Origin: an uncultured Bacteroidales bacterium
GTDB lineage: Bacteria; Bacteroidota; Bacteroidia; Bacteroidales; UBA1402
DNA length: 64,000 bases
Assembly (NCBI GenBank): GCA_964502355.1
Contig: CAZCWK010000005.1
Location: 19,332-83,331 of the forward strand
Reading direction: 5' to 3'
This document shows, in pieces, positions 36,594-46,089 of this stretch; the first letter of the stretch is position 1; each line of letters begins with the position of its first letter. The notes beneath the pieces are model-generated. The model saw only the letters and a list, made by a program, of their open reading frames with translations. It did no database searches and had not been told where the DNA came from. The translations under genes and the position numbers were made by a program.

Positions 36594-37895
36594 ATGCAAT
36601 ATTACAGTACAAATAAAAGTGTTGAACATGCTTCTTTACAGGAAGCTGTTGTCAAAGGTCTTGCAGGAGATAAAGGTTTGTTTATGCCTTTAAACGTACC
36701 TGTACTGCCAAAATCTTTCTTCGATGAAATCGGGAATCTTGACTTTAAGGAAATGTCATATCGTGTTGCTGATGCTTTTTTTGGAGAAGATATTGATGCT
36801 GAAACCCTGAAAAATATAGTATATGAAACCCTGAACTTTGATGTGCCTTTAGTCCATGTTAAAGATGATATTTATAGTCTTGAACTGTTTCATGGACCGA
36901 CTTGTGCTTTTAAGGATGTAGGTGCCCGTTTTATGGCAAGACTTCTTTCTTATTTCATCAAAAAACAAGGTCAGGAAAAAGTCAATGTTCTGGTAGCAAC
37001 ATCAGGAGATACCGGCTCTGCTGTTGCAAACGGTTTCCTCGGAGTAGAGGGTATTCATGTTTATGTGCTTTATCCTAAAGGACTTGTAAGCGATATTCAG
37101 GAAATGCAGTTTACAACATTGGGTCAAAATATTACAGCTGTTGAAGTTGACGGTACATTTGATGATTGTCAGGCTCTGGTAAAATCCTCGTTTATGGATA
37201 AGGAGTTAAATGCTCATATGAATCTGACATCAGCCAATTCAATAAACGTAGCAAGGTTTCTGCCACAGGCTTTCTACTATTTTAATGCTTATGCTCAGGC
37301 TAAAAAGGCCGGAAAATCAGATAAAATAGTTTTTTGTGTGCCAAGCGGAAACTTTGGAAATATTACAGCAGGTCTGTTTGCATGGCAGATGGGTTTGCCT
37401 GTTAAGCGCTTCATCGCCTCAAACAATCGTAATGATATTTTCTATAATTATCTTAAAACAGGCAAATACAATCCCAAACCTTCGGTAGCAACAATAGCCA
37501 ATGCTATGGATGTTGGTGATCCGAGTAACTTTGCCCGTATTCTGGAGCTTTACGGAAATTCACACGAAACTATTTCAGCTCATATTAGTGGTGCTACCTA
37601 TAATGATGAGCAGATTGCTGAAACAATTAAGAAAGTATTCGATGAAACCGGATATTTGTGTGATCCCCACGGAGCTTGCGGATACCGTGCTCTTGAAGAA
37701 AAAATTCAACCCGGTGAAACCGGAATTTTCCTTGAAACTGCACATCCGGCAAAATTTAAGGATACAGTTGAAAAAATAATTAAAGCTGAGGTTGCTGTAC
37801 CGGAAACTCTTAAAGCATTTATGGGAAAGGAGAAACAATCAGTTCCTATGCAAAAAGATTTTGCATCATTCAAAAGCTATTTACTTTCGGAATGA
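36594..37895 (+). CDS. thrC: threonine synthase
   Basis: ELFHGPTCAFKDVGARFM contains the PLP-lysine motif. Length 433 aa, last gene of the thr operon. Confidence 0.9.
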   Translation: MQYYSTNKSVEHASLQEAVVKGLAGDKGLFMPLNVPVLPKSFFDEIGNLDFKEMSYRVADAFFGEDIDAETLKNIVYETLNFDVPLVHVKDDIYSLELFHGPTCAFKDVGARFMARLLSYFIKKQGQEKVNVLVATSGDTGSAVANGFLGVEGIHVYVLYPKGLVSDIQEMQFTTLGQNITAVEVDGTFDDCQALVKSSFMDKELNAHMNLTSANSINVARFLPQAFYYFNAYAQAKKAGKSDKIVFCVPSGNFGNITAGLFAWQMGLPVKRFIASNNRNDIFYNYLKTGKYNPKPSVATIANAMDVGDPSNFARILELYGNSHETISAHISGATYNDEQIAETIKKVFDETGYLCDPHGACGYRALEEKIQPGETGIFLETAHPAKFKDTVEKIIKAEVAVPETLKAFMGKEKQSVPMQKDFASFKSYLLSE

Positions 37896-37910
37896 TGCAA
37901 TAATCAGTTA

Positions 37911-37956
37911 TTTGAAGTTCACCGCCGCAAGCAGCGGGGATTGAGTGAACTGGATT
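37911..37956 (-). repeat. GC-rich intergenic repeat, partial copy (3' half, inverted relative to copy 1)
   Basis: The plus strand TTGAAGTTCACCGCCGCAAGCAGCGGGGATTGAGTGAACTGGATT matches the reverse complement of 1110-1152 (ATTGAATCTCCTCACCGCAAGCAGCCAGGAATCTTTGATTCCG). Hairpin CCGC-aagca-GCGG lies at 37925-37937. Confidence 0.45.
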
Positions 37957-38003
37957 AAAAAAAAGCGGATATTATCGGTGAAATGGTAATATCCGCTTTT
38001 TTT
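37957..38003. terminator. bidirectional intrinsic terminator between thrC and tyrA
   Basis: A8, then a 10-bp stem GCGGATATTA / TAATATCCGC (37965-37974 / 37987-37996), then T7. Confidence 0.8.
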
Positions 38004-38775
38004 ATTCAATATTCTCACGAACTGCTTTCAGGAAGGATTGCATCCTTTCAGCATCTTTTTCTTTGATTATATCGAGCAAATCTCCCAATTTTCCCATTAT
38101 TCTCTCTATTTGTTCGGGTGCAAAAGGGTTGAATAGTATTTCCTGGAGCAGATAATCATCTTCTGACATTAGACCCTGAGCTATGGACATATGTTTTTTA
38201 AAAGTAGTACCCGGTGCTTCCTGATGCTCCATAACAGATCCGAAAACCAGGGTTGAGGCAAATGGTATTGACAGCGAGTATGCAGTGGTTTGGTCATGCT
38301 TTTCAAAGCTGTATTCGAATATTCTCAAATGTAGTGAATTGTAAACATCTTTGAAAAAAGCTTTTCCCAAAAAATCGGATTCCTCAATTATTATGGCACT
38401 TTGTGTGCTGAGATCACTCAGACTGGCAAAAGTCGGACCAAACATCGGGTGAGTGGAAACAAACCTGAAACCACTTTTCTCGTAAAAATCTTTAAGTCCG
38501 GTCTTGACAGAAGCTATATCTGAGAGAATGCAACTGGCAGGAAGATAAGGAATTACTTTTTGGAAGGCTTCAATAGTATATTTTATTGTGACAGCATTTA
38601 TCATCAGTTCAGGTTTAAATGACCTGACTTCTTCCAGATCATCTGTTCTGATGGCATTATAAACATATCTAAGCTGTTTTGGATTAGTATCATATAAGCA
38701 GACTTCATGATGAAAGCTTAACGCATCAGCAAAAAATCTGCCCATTTTACCGGCACCCATTATAAGTATCTTCAT
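38002..38775 (-). CDS. tyrA: prephenate dehydrogenase
   Basis: N-terminal Rossmann motif MKILIMGAGKMG. Size and position match the last gene of the aromatic amino-acid operon. Confidence 0.75.
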   Translation of the reverse strand: MKILIMGAGKMGRFFADALSFHHEVCLYDTNPKQLRYVYNAIRTDDLEEVRSFKPELMINAVTIKYTIEAFQKVIPYLPASCILSDIASVKTGLKDFYEKSGFRFVSTHPMFGPTFASLSDLSTQSAIIIEESDFLGKAFFKDVYNSLHLRIFEYSFEKHDQTTAYSLSIPFASTLVFGSVMEHQEAPGTTFKKHMSIAQGLMSEDDYLLQEILFNPFAPEQIERIMGKLGDLLDIIKEKDAERMQSFLKAVRENIE

Positions 38776-38788
38776 TTTTTTACAATTT

Positions 38789-39892
38789 TCAGATGTCTGT
38801 ATTATTTTTGTTCATTACTTCCATCTGCTGTCTGATAGATTCTTCGTGAATGGCTTCAAGTATTTTCTGCATGCAATCTCCGTCAATTCCAAAACTAACA
38901 GCCTGCTTAATCCTGTCTTCTAGAATCTCGCTGTATCTTGCCGTCTGTAAAATCTGCATATTATGTTCTTTTTTGAAAGTTCCGATTTCACGGGATATTC
39001 TCATACGTTTGGACAGTATTGAGAGCATTTCATCATCTATTTCATCAATTTGCTTTCTCAATTCACTTAAACTTTCAGTAGTTTGGTTCATATCTCTGAT
39101 TACAAGCAGATTGAGTATATAGTCAAGGATATCAGGTGTTACCTGTTGGTCCTTGTCGCTCCATGCGTTGTCAGGGTCACAGTGAGATTCAATAATCAAA
39201 CCATCAAAATTCAGATCCATTGCTTGCTGGGAAATCGATGAAATCAGTTCTCTTTTACCTCCTATATGACTTGGGTCACAGAACATGGGAATATTTTCAA
39301 ATCTTCTTCTTAGTTCAATTGGTATATGCCACATAGGTAGATTCCTGTAAATCTTTTTATCTGAAGAGCTGAATCCTCTGTGTATAACACCAAGTTTTCT
39401 TATTCCGGCCAGATAAAGTCTTTCAATACCTCCAATCCACAAGTCAAGATCCGGATTTACAGGATTTTTTATAAGCACCGGCATGTCTGATCCTTCAAGA
39501 GCATCTGCTATCTCCTGAACGGCAAAAGGATTTGCAGATGTGCGTGCTCCAATCCAAAGAATGTCAACGCCATATTTTATTGCTTCAGCGACATGTTTAG
39601 CAGTTGCTACTTCTGTCGCTGTGTACATTCCCAGTTCATTTTTTACTCTTTTAAGCCAAACCAATCCTGGGGTACCAATACCTTCAAATGCTCCCGGTCT
39701 TGTCCTTGGTTTCCATATGCCTGCTCTGAATATTTTAACTCCCCTGTCATGAAGTTGCTTAGCAGTAGTCATTACCTGTTCTTCTGTTTCAGCACTACAT
39801 GGTCCTGAGATTACTATCGGTCTTTTTGGATCAATACCCGGCAGGAGTATCGATTCGAATTGCATTTTTTCCATATATATGATTTTTATCAA
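38789..39892 (-). CDS. bifunctional 3-deoxy-7-phosphoheptulonate (DAHP) synthase / chorismate mutase type II
   Basis: Type I-beta DAHP/KDO8P-like barrel (VISGPCSAE...FRAGIWKPRT...CDPSH). The C-terminal chorismate mutase helix is LRKQIDEIDDEMLSILSKRMRISREIGTFK. The start may be an internal Met (MEKMQFES). Confidence 0.85.
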   Translation of the reverse strand: MIKIIYMEKMQFESILLPGIDPKRPIVISGPCSAETEEQVMTTAKQLHDRGVKIFRAGIWKPRTRPGAFEGIGTPGLVWLKRVKNELGMYTATEVATAKHVAEAIKYGVDILWIGARTSANPFAVQEIADALEGSDMPVLIKNPVNPDLDLWIGGIERLYLAGIRKLGVIHRGFSSSDKKIYRNLPMWHIPIELRRRFENIPMFCDPSHIGGKRELISSISQQAMDLNFDGLIIESHCDPDNAWSDKDQQVTPDILDYILNLLVIRDMNQTTESLSELRKQIDEIDDEMLSILSKRMRISREIGTFKKEHNMQILQTARYSEILEDRIKQAVSFGIDGDCMQKILEAIHEESIRQQMEVMNKNNTDI

Positions 39893-39908
39893 TTAGTATT
39901 CGTTTTTT

Positions 39909-41072
39909 TTAAAGTATCGCTTTAATTCTTTCCAAAGCTTTGTTCAGATTATCTTCTTTACAGCATAATGAAAGTCTTATATACCGGTTTCCATTACTTC
40001 CAAAAATAAATCCGGGTGTGATAAATACTTTCGCGTCATATAAGATTTTATCGGCTACTTCGCCGGCATCATTGTATTTATCGGGTATTTTACCCCACAG
40101 GAACATTCCTGATTGTTTAGGATCCCATGTACAGCCAAGCGCAATAAAGATTTCTTCGGCAATTTTTCTCCTTTTTGAATAAACTTCATTCATTTTCTGA
40201 AACCAGGATTCATCAGCTTTCAAAGCTTCCACTGCAGCAACCATCATAGGCCTGAACTGACCTGAATCAACATTACTTTTAACTTTTACTATCCATTGCA
40301 GGAATTCAGGATTAGTAGCAACCATTCCCAACCTCCAGCCCGGCATATTATGAGACTTACTCATTGAGTTTAGTTCAATACAAATATCTTTAGCTCCGGG
40401 AACGCTTAATATGCTGAGATATTCATTACTTAAGATGAAACTGTATGGATTATCATTACAAATAACAATGCCATTTTGCTTACCAAAATCAACCAGTTTC
40501 TTAAATAAATCCAATGTAGCCCTGCCGCCTGTCGGCATATTAGGATAATTTACCCACATAAGTTTTACATTGCTCAAATCCAACTTCTCAAGCGCGTCAA
40601 AATCAGGTTGCCACCCTTTTTTTTCATCAAGATCGTATGAAACAATATTTGCCTGAACCAGATTGCTTACTGATGTATAGGTCGGATATCCGGGATTAGG
40701 TACAAGTACTCCATCCCCGGGATTAAGGAAGGCCATGGAAATGTGGAGTATTCCTTCTTTTGAGCCTATTAATGGCTGAATTTCTTTTTCAGGATCAAGT
40801 ATAACATCAAACCATCTTTTATACCACTCAGCATATGATTTTCTTAATTGAGGCAAACCCTGAAATGGTTGATAACCATGAGCGTCATGTTTAGCGGCAT
40901 CTTCATTTAAAGCTTTAATTGTCTCTTCAGAAGGAGGGAGGTCGGGACTGCCTATACCGAGACTAATTACATTCAGGCCCGCAGAGTTCATTTCTGCGAC
41001 TTCCTTGAGTTTCTTTGAGAAATAGTATTCAGAGACATTGTTTAGTCTTTCTGATGGTCTTATTTGCTTCAT
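39909..41072 (-). CDS. class I/II PLP-dependent aminotransferase (probable aromatic/prephenate aminotransferase)
   Basis: NPGYPTY, NYPNMPTG and the SMSKSHNMPGWRLG PLP-lysine motif. Operon context with pheA and tyrA. Confidence 0.8.
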   Translation of the reverse strand: MKQIRPSERLNNVSEYYFSKKLKEVAEMNSAGLNVISLGIGSPDLPPSEETIKALNEDAAKHDAHGYQPFQGLPQLRKSYAEWYKRWFDVILDPEKEIQPLIGSKEGILHISMAFLNPGDGVLVPNPGYPTYTSVSNLVQANIVSYDLDEKKGWQPDFDALEKLDLSNVKLMWVNYPNMPTGGRATLDLFKKLVDFGKQNGIVICNDNPYSFILSNEYLSILSVPGAKDICIELNSMSKSHNMPGWRLGMVATNPEFLQWIVKVKSNVDSGQFRPMMVAAVEALKADESWFQKMNEVYSKRRKIAEEIFIALGCTWDPKQSGMFLWGKIPDKYNDAGEVADKILYDAKVFITPGFIFGSNGNRYIRLSLCCKEDNLNKALERIKAIL

Positions 41073-41118
41073 TTTGTAGTGTAATCAGAGTTTATTATTG
41101 CCGGGTAATATTTAGGAA

Positions 41119-41961
41119 TCAAACTAGTTGCTGACCTATTTTGTATTCTCCAAGTATCCTCAGATTTTTGGTAAGAGGTCGTATAGCATCAAGACTTTGT
41201 CTGTATTTCATATAATCCAGATATGAAAGATCTATAAAAAATAAGTATTCCCATTCATGACCTATTATTGGCATTGATTGAATTTTTGTCAGATTATCAT
41301 GGTAGAATGAGAGAACAGACAATACCTGTGATAATGTCCCTTCTTCGTGTTTCGTCATGAAAACTATTGATGACTTGTTTGTATCGGTTGGCTCGATGTA
41401 CTGATCGGCAGTCCATCTGTCAGCTATAATCAGAAATCTGGTGAAATTTCTTTTGTTGGTTTCTATGCCGGCCTCAAGTATTTCAAGTCCGTATATTTCA
41501 GCAGCTAGTTTACTGCATATGGCAGCTCTCCCCGTAATGTTACCTTCAGAAATTGCTTTAGCGCTTAATGCTGTATCTTCACTTTCTTCTATTTTTATCC
41601 ATGAATGATCCTTCAGATAATCTTCGCATTGCATCAATGCAATGGGGTGAGAATGAACCTCTGTAATATCTTCTATCTTTTGACCCGGCAATACAGCTAT
41701 AACATGACTTATCCTTAGTTTTATTTCTCCGATAATACAGGTTTCACTCTCGCGCAGAAGGTTGTGGTTGGCTAAAAGATTTCCTGCAATCGTGTTTTCT
41801 ATAGCAATAATACCCAGTATGTTGTTGTCTTTTCTCATAGTGGAAAAGACGTCTTTAAAAGTATGACATGCCACAATTTCTACTTCTTCACCGTTGAAAT
41901 ACTTTCTGGCAGCAATATCATGATATGCTCCTGCTACTCCCTGGATTGCTATTCGTTTCAT
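41119..41961 (-). CDS. pheA: prephenate dehydratase
   Basis: MKRIAIQGVAGAYHDIAA...ENTIAGNL...TRFLII. The C-terminal ACT region is GTLSQVLSVLSFYHDNLTKIQSMP. Confidence 0.85.
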   Translation of the reverse strand: MKRIAIQGVAGAYHDIAARKYFNGEEVEIVACHTFKDVFSTMRKDNNILGIIAIENTIAGNLLANHNLLRESETCIIGEIKLRISHVIAVLPGQKIEDITEVHSHPIALMQCEDYLKDHSWIKIEESEDTALSAKAISEGNITGRAAICSKLAAEIYGLEILEAGIETNKRNFTRFLIIADRWTADQYIEPTDTNKSSIVFMTKHEEGTLSQVLSVLSFYHDNLTKIQSMPIIGHEWEYLFFIDLSYLDYMKYRQSLDAIRPLTKNLRILGEYKIGQQLV

Positions 41962-41972
41962 ACATTAATTTT

Positions 41973-42006
41973 TAAAAAAAAGTCCCGCCTTTTTCCGGGC
42001 GGGACT
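41973..42006 (-). terminator. attenuator terminator immediately upstream of pheA
   Basis: The minus strand reads AGUCCCGCC-cggaaaaa-GGCGGGACU followed by U8, ending 11 nt before the pheA ATG (41961). Confidence 0.8.
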
Positions 42007-42053
42007 TTCTGTCAATATTTTTATTTATAAATTTTGCATACTAAATCCCGCTC

Positions 42054-42107
42054 TTACTGTTGGTAGTAAAAGTAAAAATAAAAGAATGCAAAACTGTTTT
42101 TTCTCAT
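42054..42107 (-). promoter_or_regulatory. Phe/Tyr-rich leader peptide of the pheA operon (MRKNSFAFFYFYFYYQQ)
   Basis: 17 codons plus TAA. Nine of ten consecutive codons (6-15) are Phe or Tyr. The segment right after the stop (GAGCGGGAUUU, 42053-42043) is complementary to the 5' arm of the terminator. Confidence 0.8.
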
Positions 42108-42125
42108 TGTTTAATAATTTGGCTA

Positions 42126-42133
42126 CAAAAGTA
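42126..42133 (-). promoter_or_regulatory. Bacteroidota -7 promoter box for the phe leader/operon
   Basis: The minus strand reads TACTTTTG, 19 nt upstream of the leader ATG at 42107. Confidence 0.5.
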
Positions 42134-42169
42134 TGTATTTTTTTGTAAATTGTTACAATTTCCCCTTAT

Positions 42170-44071
42170 TTATTTATAAAAAATACATTTTTCCTGATTA
42201 TAATGAATCTGCCCTTCATCACAAAGATACCTGATTACCTTGATTATCTTTTTTTTATCTCCTTCAATAGCATCTATCAGACCTGTATTTGTGAACTCTC
42301 CATTTTCAAGTTTACTTAAAACAGTTTCTTTAATTGAGTTAAATTCATATCTTTTTAATCCGGTTTCATTCTTTGACAGGCAAACATCGCAATGTCCGCA
42401 ATCATGCGTTTCTTTTTGACCGAAATAATTCAGAAGAATTCGGCTTCTGCATATATTATTTTCATTTGCATAAGATATAACTGATTCAATCCTTTTTTTT
42501 GAACGATCAAACCTTTCTTCATAAATACTTCTGGAAATTATAATTCTTTCGGTTTCCTCCCGGTTGACTTTGAAAATGATATACGGAGTTTTTTTACGGG
42601 GTATATAACTTATTACATTCATTCTGGATAATCCCAGAAGAATGTTGTATACATTATCAACTGTCAAACCAATTCTTGCTGAAATTATTTCTTCCTGAAT
42701 TGGGGTATAATCATTGAAAAGTCCGGTGTATGAACGCAACAGGATTTGCAGCACTTCATCGCTATACTTGTCGTCTGTCTTTAGTTTGTATAATTCATCT
42801 CTGTTTAGTTGAAACCATATTCTCGAAGGATTGTCAATTTCGTCAGTCAGTTCCAGATATCCGGCCTGTTCAAGAATTTTCAGAGAGTTGAAAGCCTGCA
42901 GGTAATTAAATTTGTACTTACCACAGAAATCATTTAAGTCAAATGCAAACATTGCACCTTTACCACTACCGGATCCTATCTGATAGTAATAAGCCAGTGA
43001 TTCATAGACTCTTCTGATTACATCTTTTTGTGGGAAGCTATCGCTTAAGTGTTTTTTTAGTCTGCTTGAATCAGATTTGTGATAAAGTAAAACTGCAAAA
43101 GCCTTTTCTCCGTCTCGTCCGGCTCTGCCGGCTTCCTGGAAATATGCTTCTATGGAATCAGGTATGGCCATATGTATAACCAACCTTACATCTGCTTTAT
43201 CAATTCCCATACCAAAAGCATTGGTGGCTACTATGACCCTGCATTCGCCTTTTTTCCACGCCAGTTGTTTGGAGTCTTTTGATTCATTTGTGAGTCCGGC
43301 ATGAAAATAATCTGATGAAATATCATTTTTCCTCAAAAATGATGATATTTCTCTTGCATCCTTTCTGCTGCTGACATATACTACTGCTGAACCCGGTGTT
43401 TTCTCAAGAATATGCAGGAGCTCTTTATCTTTATCTTCCGTATTCCTGACAACATATGCAAGATTTTTTCTCTCAAAGCTTTTTACAAAGACATTTTTTG
43501 TTTTAAAACTGAGTTTGTTCTGAATATCATCAACTACGGCAGGAGTAGCAGTTGCTGTCAGGGCGAGCACCGGAACATCAGGTAAAAGAACTCTGACATC
43601 TGAGATGTTTAAATAAGAAGGTCTGAAATCATATCCCCATTGTGAAATACAATGTGCTTCATCAACCGCGATCAGGTTAATGTTCATATTTATTATTCTT
43701 TCTCTGAATAGTTGAGTAGCCAGTCTTTCAGGAGAGATATAAAGGAATTTAAAATCACCATAATGACAATTGTCCAGAGTCAATACTATTTCCTGTCTTG
43801 TCATTCCTGAGTAAATGGCTGCAGCACGTATACCGGTCTTTTTCAGGTTGGAGACCTGGTCTTTCATTAAAGCAACCAAAGGTGTAATAACCAGGCACAA
43901 TCCATCCATAACCAGTGAAGGAATCTGAAAAGTCAAAGACTTTCCTCCTCCGGTCGGCATTAAGGCAAGTGTATCTTTACCTTCACAAACCGAAGCGATT
44001 ATTTCTTCCTGGAGTTCCCGGAAATTTTCATACCCCCAGTACTTTTTAAGTATTTCCTGGTATGTATTCAT
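42170..44071 (-). CDS. recQ: RecQ-family ATP-dependent DNA helicase
   Basis: MPTGGGKSLTFQIP, DEAHCISQWGYDFRPSY, TATAT, and the Zn-finger C-x-C pattern HDCGHCDVC. Confidence 0.85.
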   Translation of the reverse strand: MNTYQEILKKYWGYENFRELQEEIIASVCEGKDTLALMPTGGGKSLTFQIPSLVMDGLCLVITPLVALMKDQVSNLKKTGIRAAAIYSGMTRQEIVLTLDNCHYGDFKFLYISPERLATQLFRERIINMNINLIAVDEAHCISQWGYDFRPSYLNISDVRVLLPDVPVLALTATATPAVVDDIQNKLSFKTKNVFVKSFERKNLAYVVRNTEDKDKELLHILEKTPGSAVVYVSSRKDAREISSFLRKNDISSDYFHAGLTNESKDSKQLAWKKGECRVIVATNAFGMGIDKADVRLVIHMAIPDSIEAYFQEAGRAGRDGEKAFAVLLYHKSDSSRLKKHLSDSFPQKDVIRRVYESLAYYYQIGSGSGKGAMFAFDLNDFCGKYKFNYLQAFNSLKILEQAGYLELTDEIDNPSRIWFQLNRDELYKLKTDDKYSDEVLQILLRSYTGLFNDYTPIQEEIISARIGLTVDNVYNILLGLSRMNVISYIPRKKTPYIIFKVNREETERIIISRSIYEERFDRSKKRIESVISYANENNICRSRILLNYFGQKETHDCGHCDVCLSKNETGLKRYEFNSIKETVLSKLENGEFTNTGLIDAIEGDKKKIIKVIRYLCDEGQIHYNQEKCIFYK

Positions 44072-45800
44072 TCACTTCCTCTTCCTCAATCTTTATATCT
44101 TTGATAAATAATTGAATAGAACTGCCCCCGTTGTAATTATTTTCCTCAATTGTATAAACAATATCAAACGGGTAAAGTGCCTTTATATGATCATTATGTT
44201 CATATTGACCAAAAGCAATACCATTCATTATACTTTCAGAATGGCTGTCAACAAGTTCCAGCTTGAGGTGTTCCTGTTCCCTTCCGACCAGACGGCTTGT
44301 ACCGTAATCAAAAACATGACGTGTCCTGAATACCGGTTTATTATTGTCGGGTCCAAATGGATTGAATTGTTTCAAAACCCTGAAAAATTTTGGGGTTATA
44401 TCCTGAAATCTTATTTCGGCATCAATATCAATAGTAGGGATAAGTTGCTCAGGCAAAATATTGTCGGCAACATATTTTTCAAAACGTTTAGTGAATTCAG
44501 GTACATTTTCGACTTTCATGGATAAACCTGCTGCATACGTATGTCCTCCGAAATTTTCAAGAAGATCACGGCAATTATCAATAGCTTTATAAATATCAAA
44601 ACCGGGAACAGAACGGGCTGAACCTGTAGCAAGATTGTCTGCTCTTGTAAGCACTATTGCCGGTCTGTAATACTCTTCCGTAAGTCTTGAAGCTACTATA
44701 CCAATGACCCCCTTATGCCATTCTTCATTGTAAATTACAATCCCTTTTTTGTCTTTAAGATTTGTAAGGGCTTTTATGGCATTATTGGCTTCTTCAGTAA
44801 TATTTTTGTCAAGATCTTTTCTTGTTTGATTATACTGGTTGATATCTTCGCTTTTTTTCTTTGCAAAATCCAGGTCTCTGGCAATCAGCAATTCAACAGA
44901 TTCATTTCCTGTCTGTATTCTCCCGGAAGCATTGATACGCGGGCCAATCTTGAATACTATATCACTTATCGTAATTTCCTTGTCCGCAAGTCCGCAAATA
45001 TTTATGATACCTTTTAAACCAATACTTGGATTTGAATTAAGTTGTTTTAATCCGTGATATGCCAATATTCTGTTTTCACCACTGATAGGGACAATATCAG
45101 AAGCTATGCTCACGGCAACCAAATCAAGCAAAGGCATTAAAGTTGAAAAATCAATACTGTTACTGATAGCGAATGCCTGCATCAACTTGAAACCTACTCC
45201 ACAACCTGATAACTGATTATATGGGTATGTGGAATCAACACGTTTGGCATCAAGAACAGCTACGGCATCCGGGAGCTTATCATCCGGCACGTGATGGTCA
45301 CAAATAATAAAATCAACACCCTTTTGTTTCGCATATTTGATTTTTTCAACGGCCTTAATCCCGCAATCAAGAGCTATTACTAAAGTGTAATTGTTTTCAG
45401 CTGCAAAATCGATTCCGGTATAAGAAATGCCATATCCTTCGCTGTAACGATCAGGTATGTAACAACCAACATTCGTTGAATATTGATGTAAAAACTTGTA
45501 AACCAAAGCTACAGCAGTGGTTCCGTCAACATCATAATCACCGTAAATAAGGATATGCTCCTTTTTACCAAGAGCTTTGTTAATACGTGCAATAGCCAGA
45601 TCCATGTCTTTCATTAAGAAAGGATCATGCAAATCTGACAATTGTGGTCTGAAGAATTTTTTTGCTTCTTTAGATTCTGTTATCCCTCTCTTTATCAGAA
45701 GTTGGGCCAATATCGGGCTGATCCCCAGCTGTTCCGCCAGGGCTTCCTTCTTTGATTCTTCTTCCGGTGTAAGGGTTAACAATTGCCATTTGTTAGTCAT
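44046..45800 (-). CDS. recJ: single-stranded-DNA-specific exonuclease RecJ
   Basis: DHH motifs (IYGDYDVDGTT, DCG, ICDHH) and the DHHA1 motif GGHTYAAG. It overlaps the recQ start by 26 nt. Confidence 0.9.
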   Translation of the reverse strand: MTNKWQLLTLTPEEESKKEALAEQLGISPILAQLLIKRGITESKEAKKFFRPQLSDLHDPFLMKDMDLAIARINKALGKKEHILIYGDYDVDGTTAVALVYKFLHQYSTNVGCYIPDRYSEGYGISYTGIDFAAENNYTLVIALDCGIKAVEKIKYAKQKGVDFIICDHHVPDDKLPDAVAVLDAKRVDSTYPYNQLSGCGVGFKLMQAFAISNSIDFSTLMPLLDLVAVSIASDIVPISGENRILAYHGLKQLNSNPSIGLKGIINICGLADKEITISDIVFKIGPRINASGRIQTGNESVELLIARDLDFAKKKSEDINQYNQTRKDLDKNITEEANNAIKALTNLKDKKGIVIYNEEWHKGVIGIVASRLTEEYYRPAIVLTRADNLATGSARSVPGFDIYKAIDNCRDLLENFGGHTYAAGLSMKVENVPEFTKRFEKYVADNILPEQLIPTIDIDAEIRFQDITPKFFRVLKQFNPFGPDNNKPVFRTRHVFDYGTSRLVGREQEHLKLELVDSHSESIMNGIAFGQYEHNDHIKALYPFDIVYTIEENNYNGGSSIQLFIKDIKIEEEEVNEYIPGNT

Positions 45801-46063
45801 TTATTTAGGTTTTTTTCTTTCTTTCAGAAGGCCATGAAGGCCTGTATATCTGATTTAGGGCAGAAGCTTTGTTGCGCTCATCTTTGAAATCCGGTATAAC
45901 CGGAAAAGGCTTCAACTTCGTATCGTTGTTTAAACGATTAAATCAGAAATAGTAGATTAATTGTAATATATTACATTTGACTCTACAATTTATAAAACGT
46001 AAAGGTAAGTCATTTTTCCATCAAAGCCGTAAAGTCCTGTAAAGTTTTTTATTTTTTTCGGAT

Positions 46064-46071
46064 TACCTTTG
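46064..46071 (+). promoter_or_regulatory. Bacteroidota -7 promoter box (TAnnTTTG)
   Basis: TACCTTTG lies 19 nt upstream of the ATG at 46090. Confidence 0.45.
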
Positions 46072-46089
46072 CACATTAACTATTTGAAA

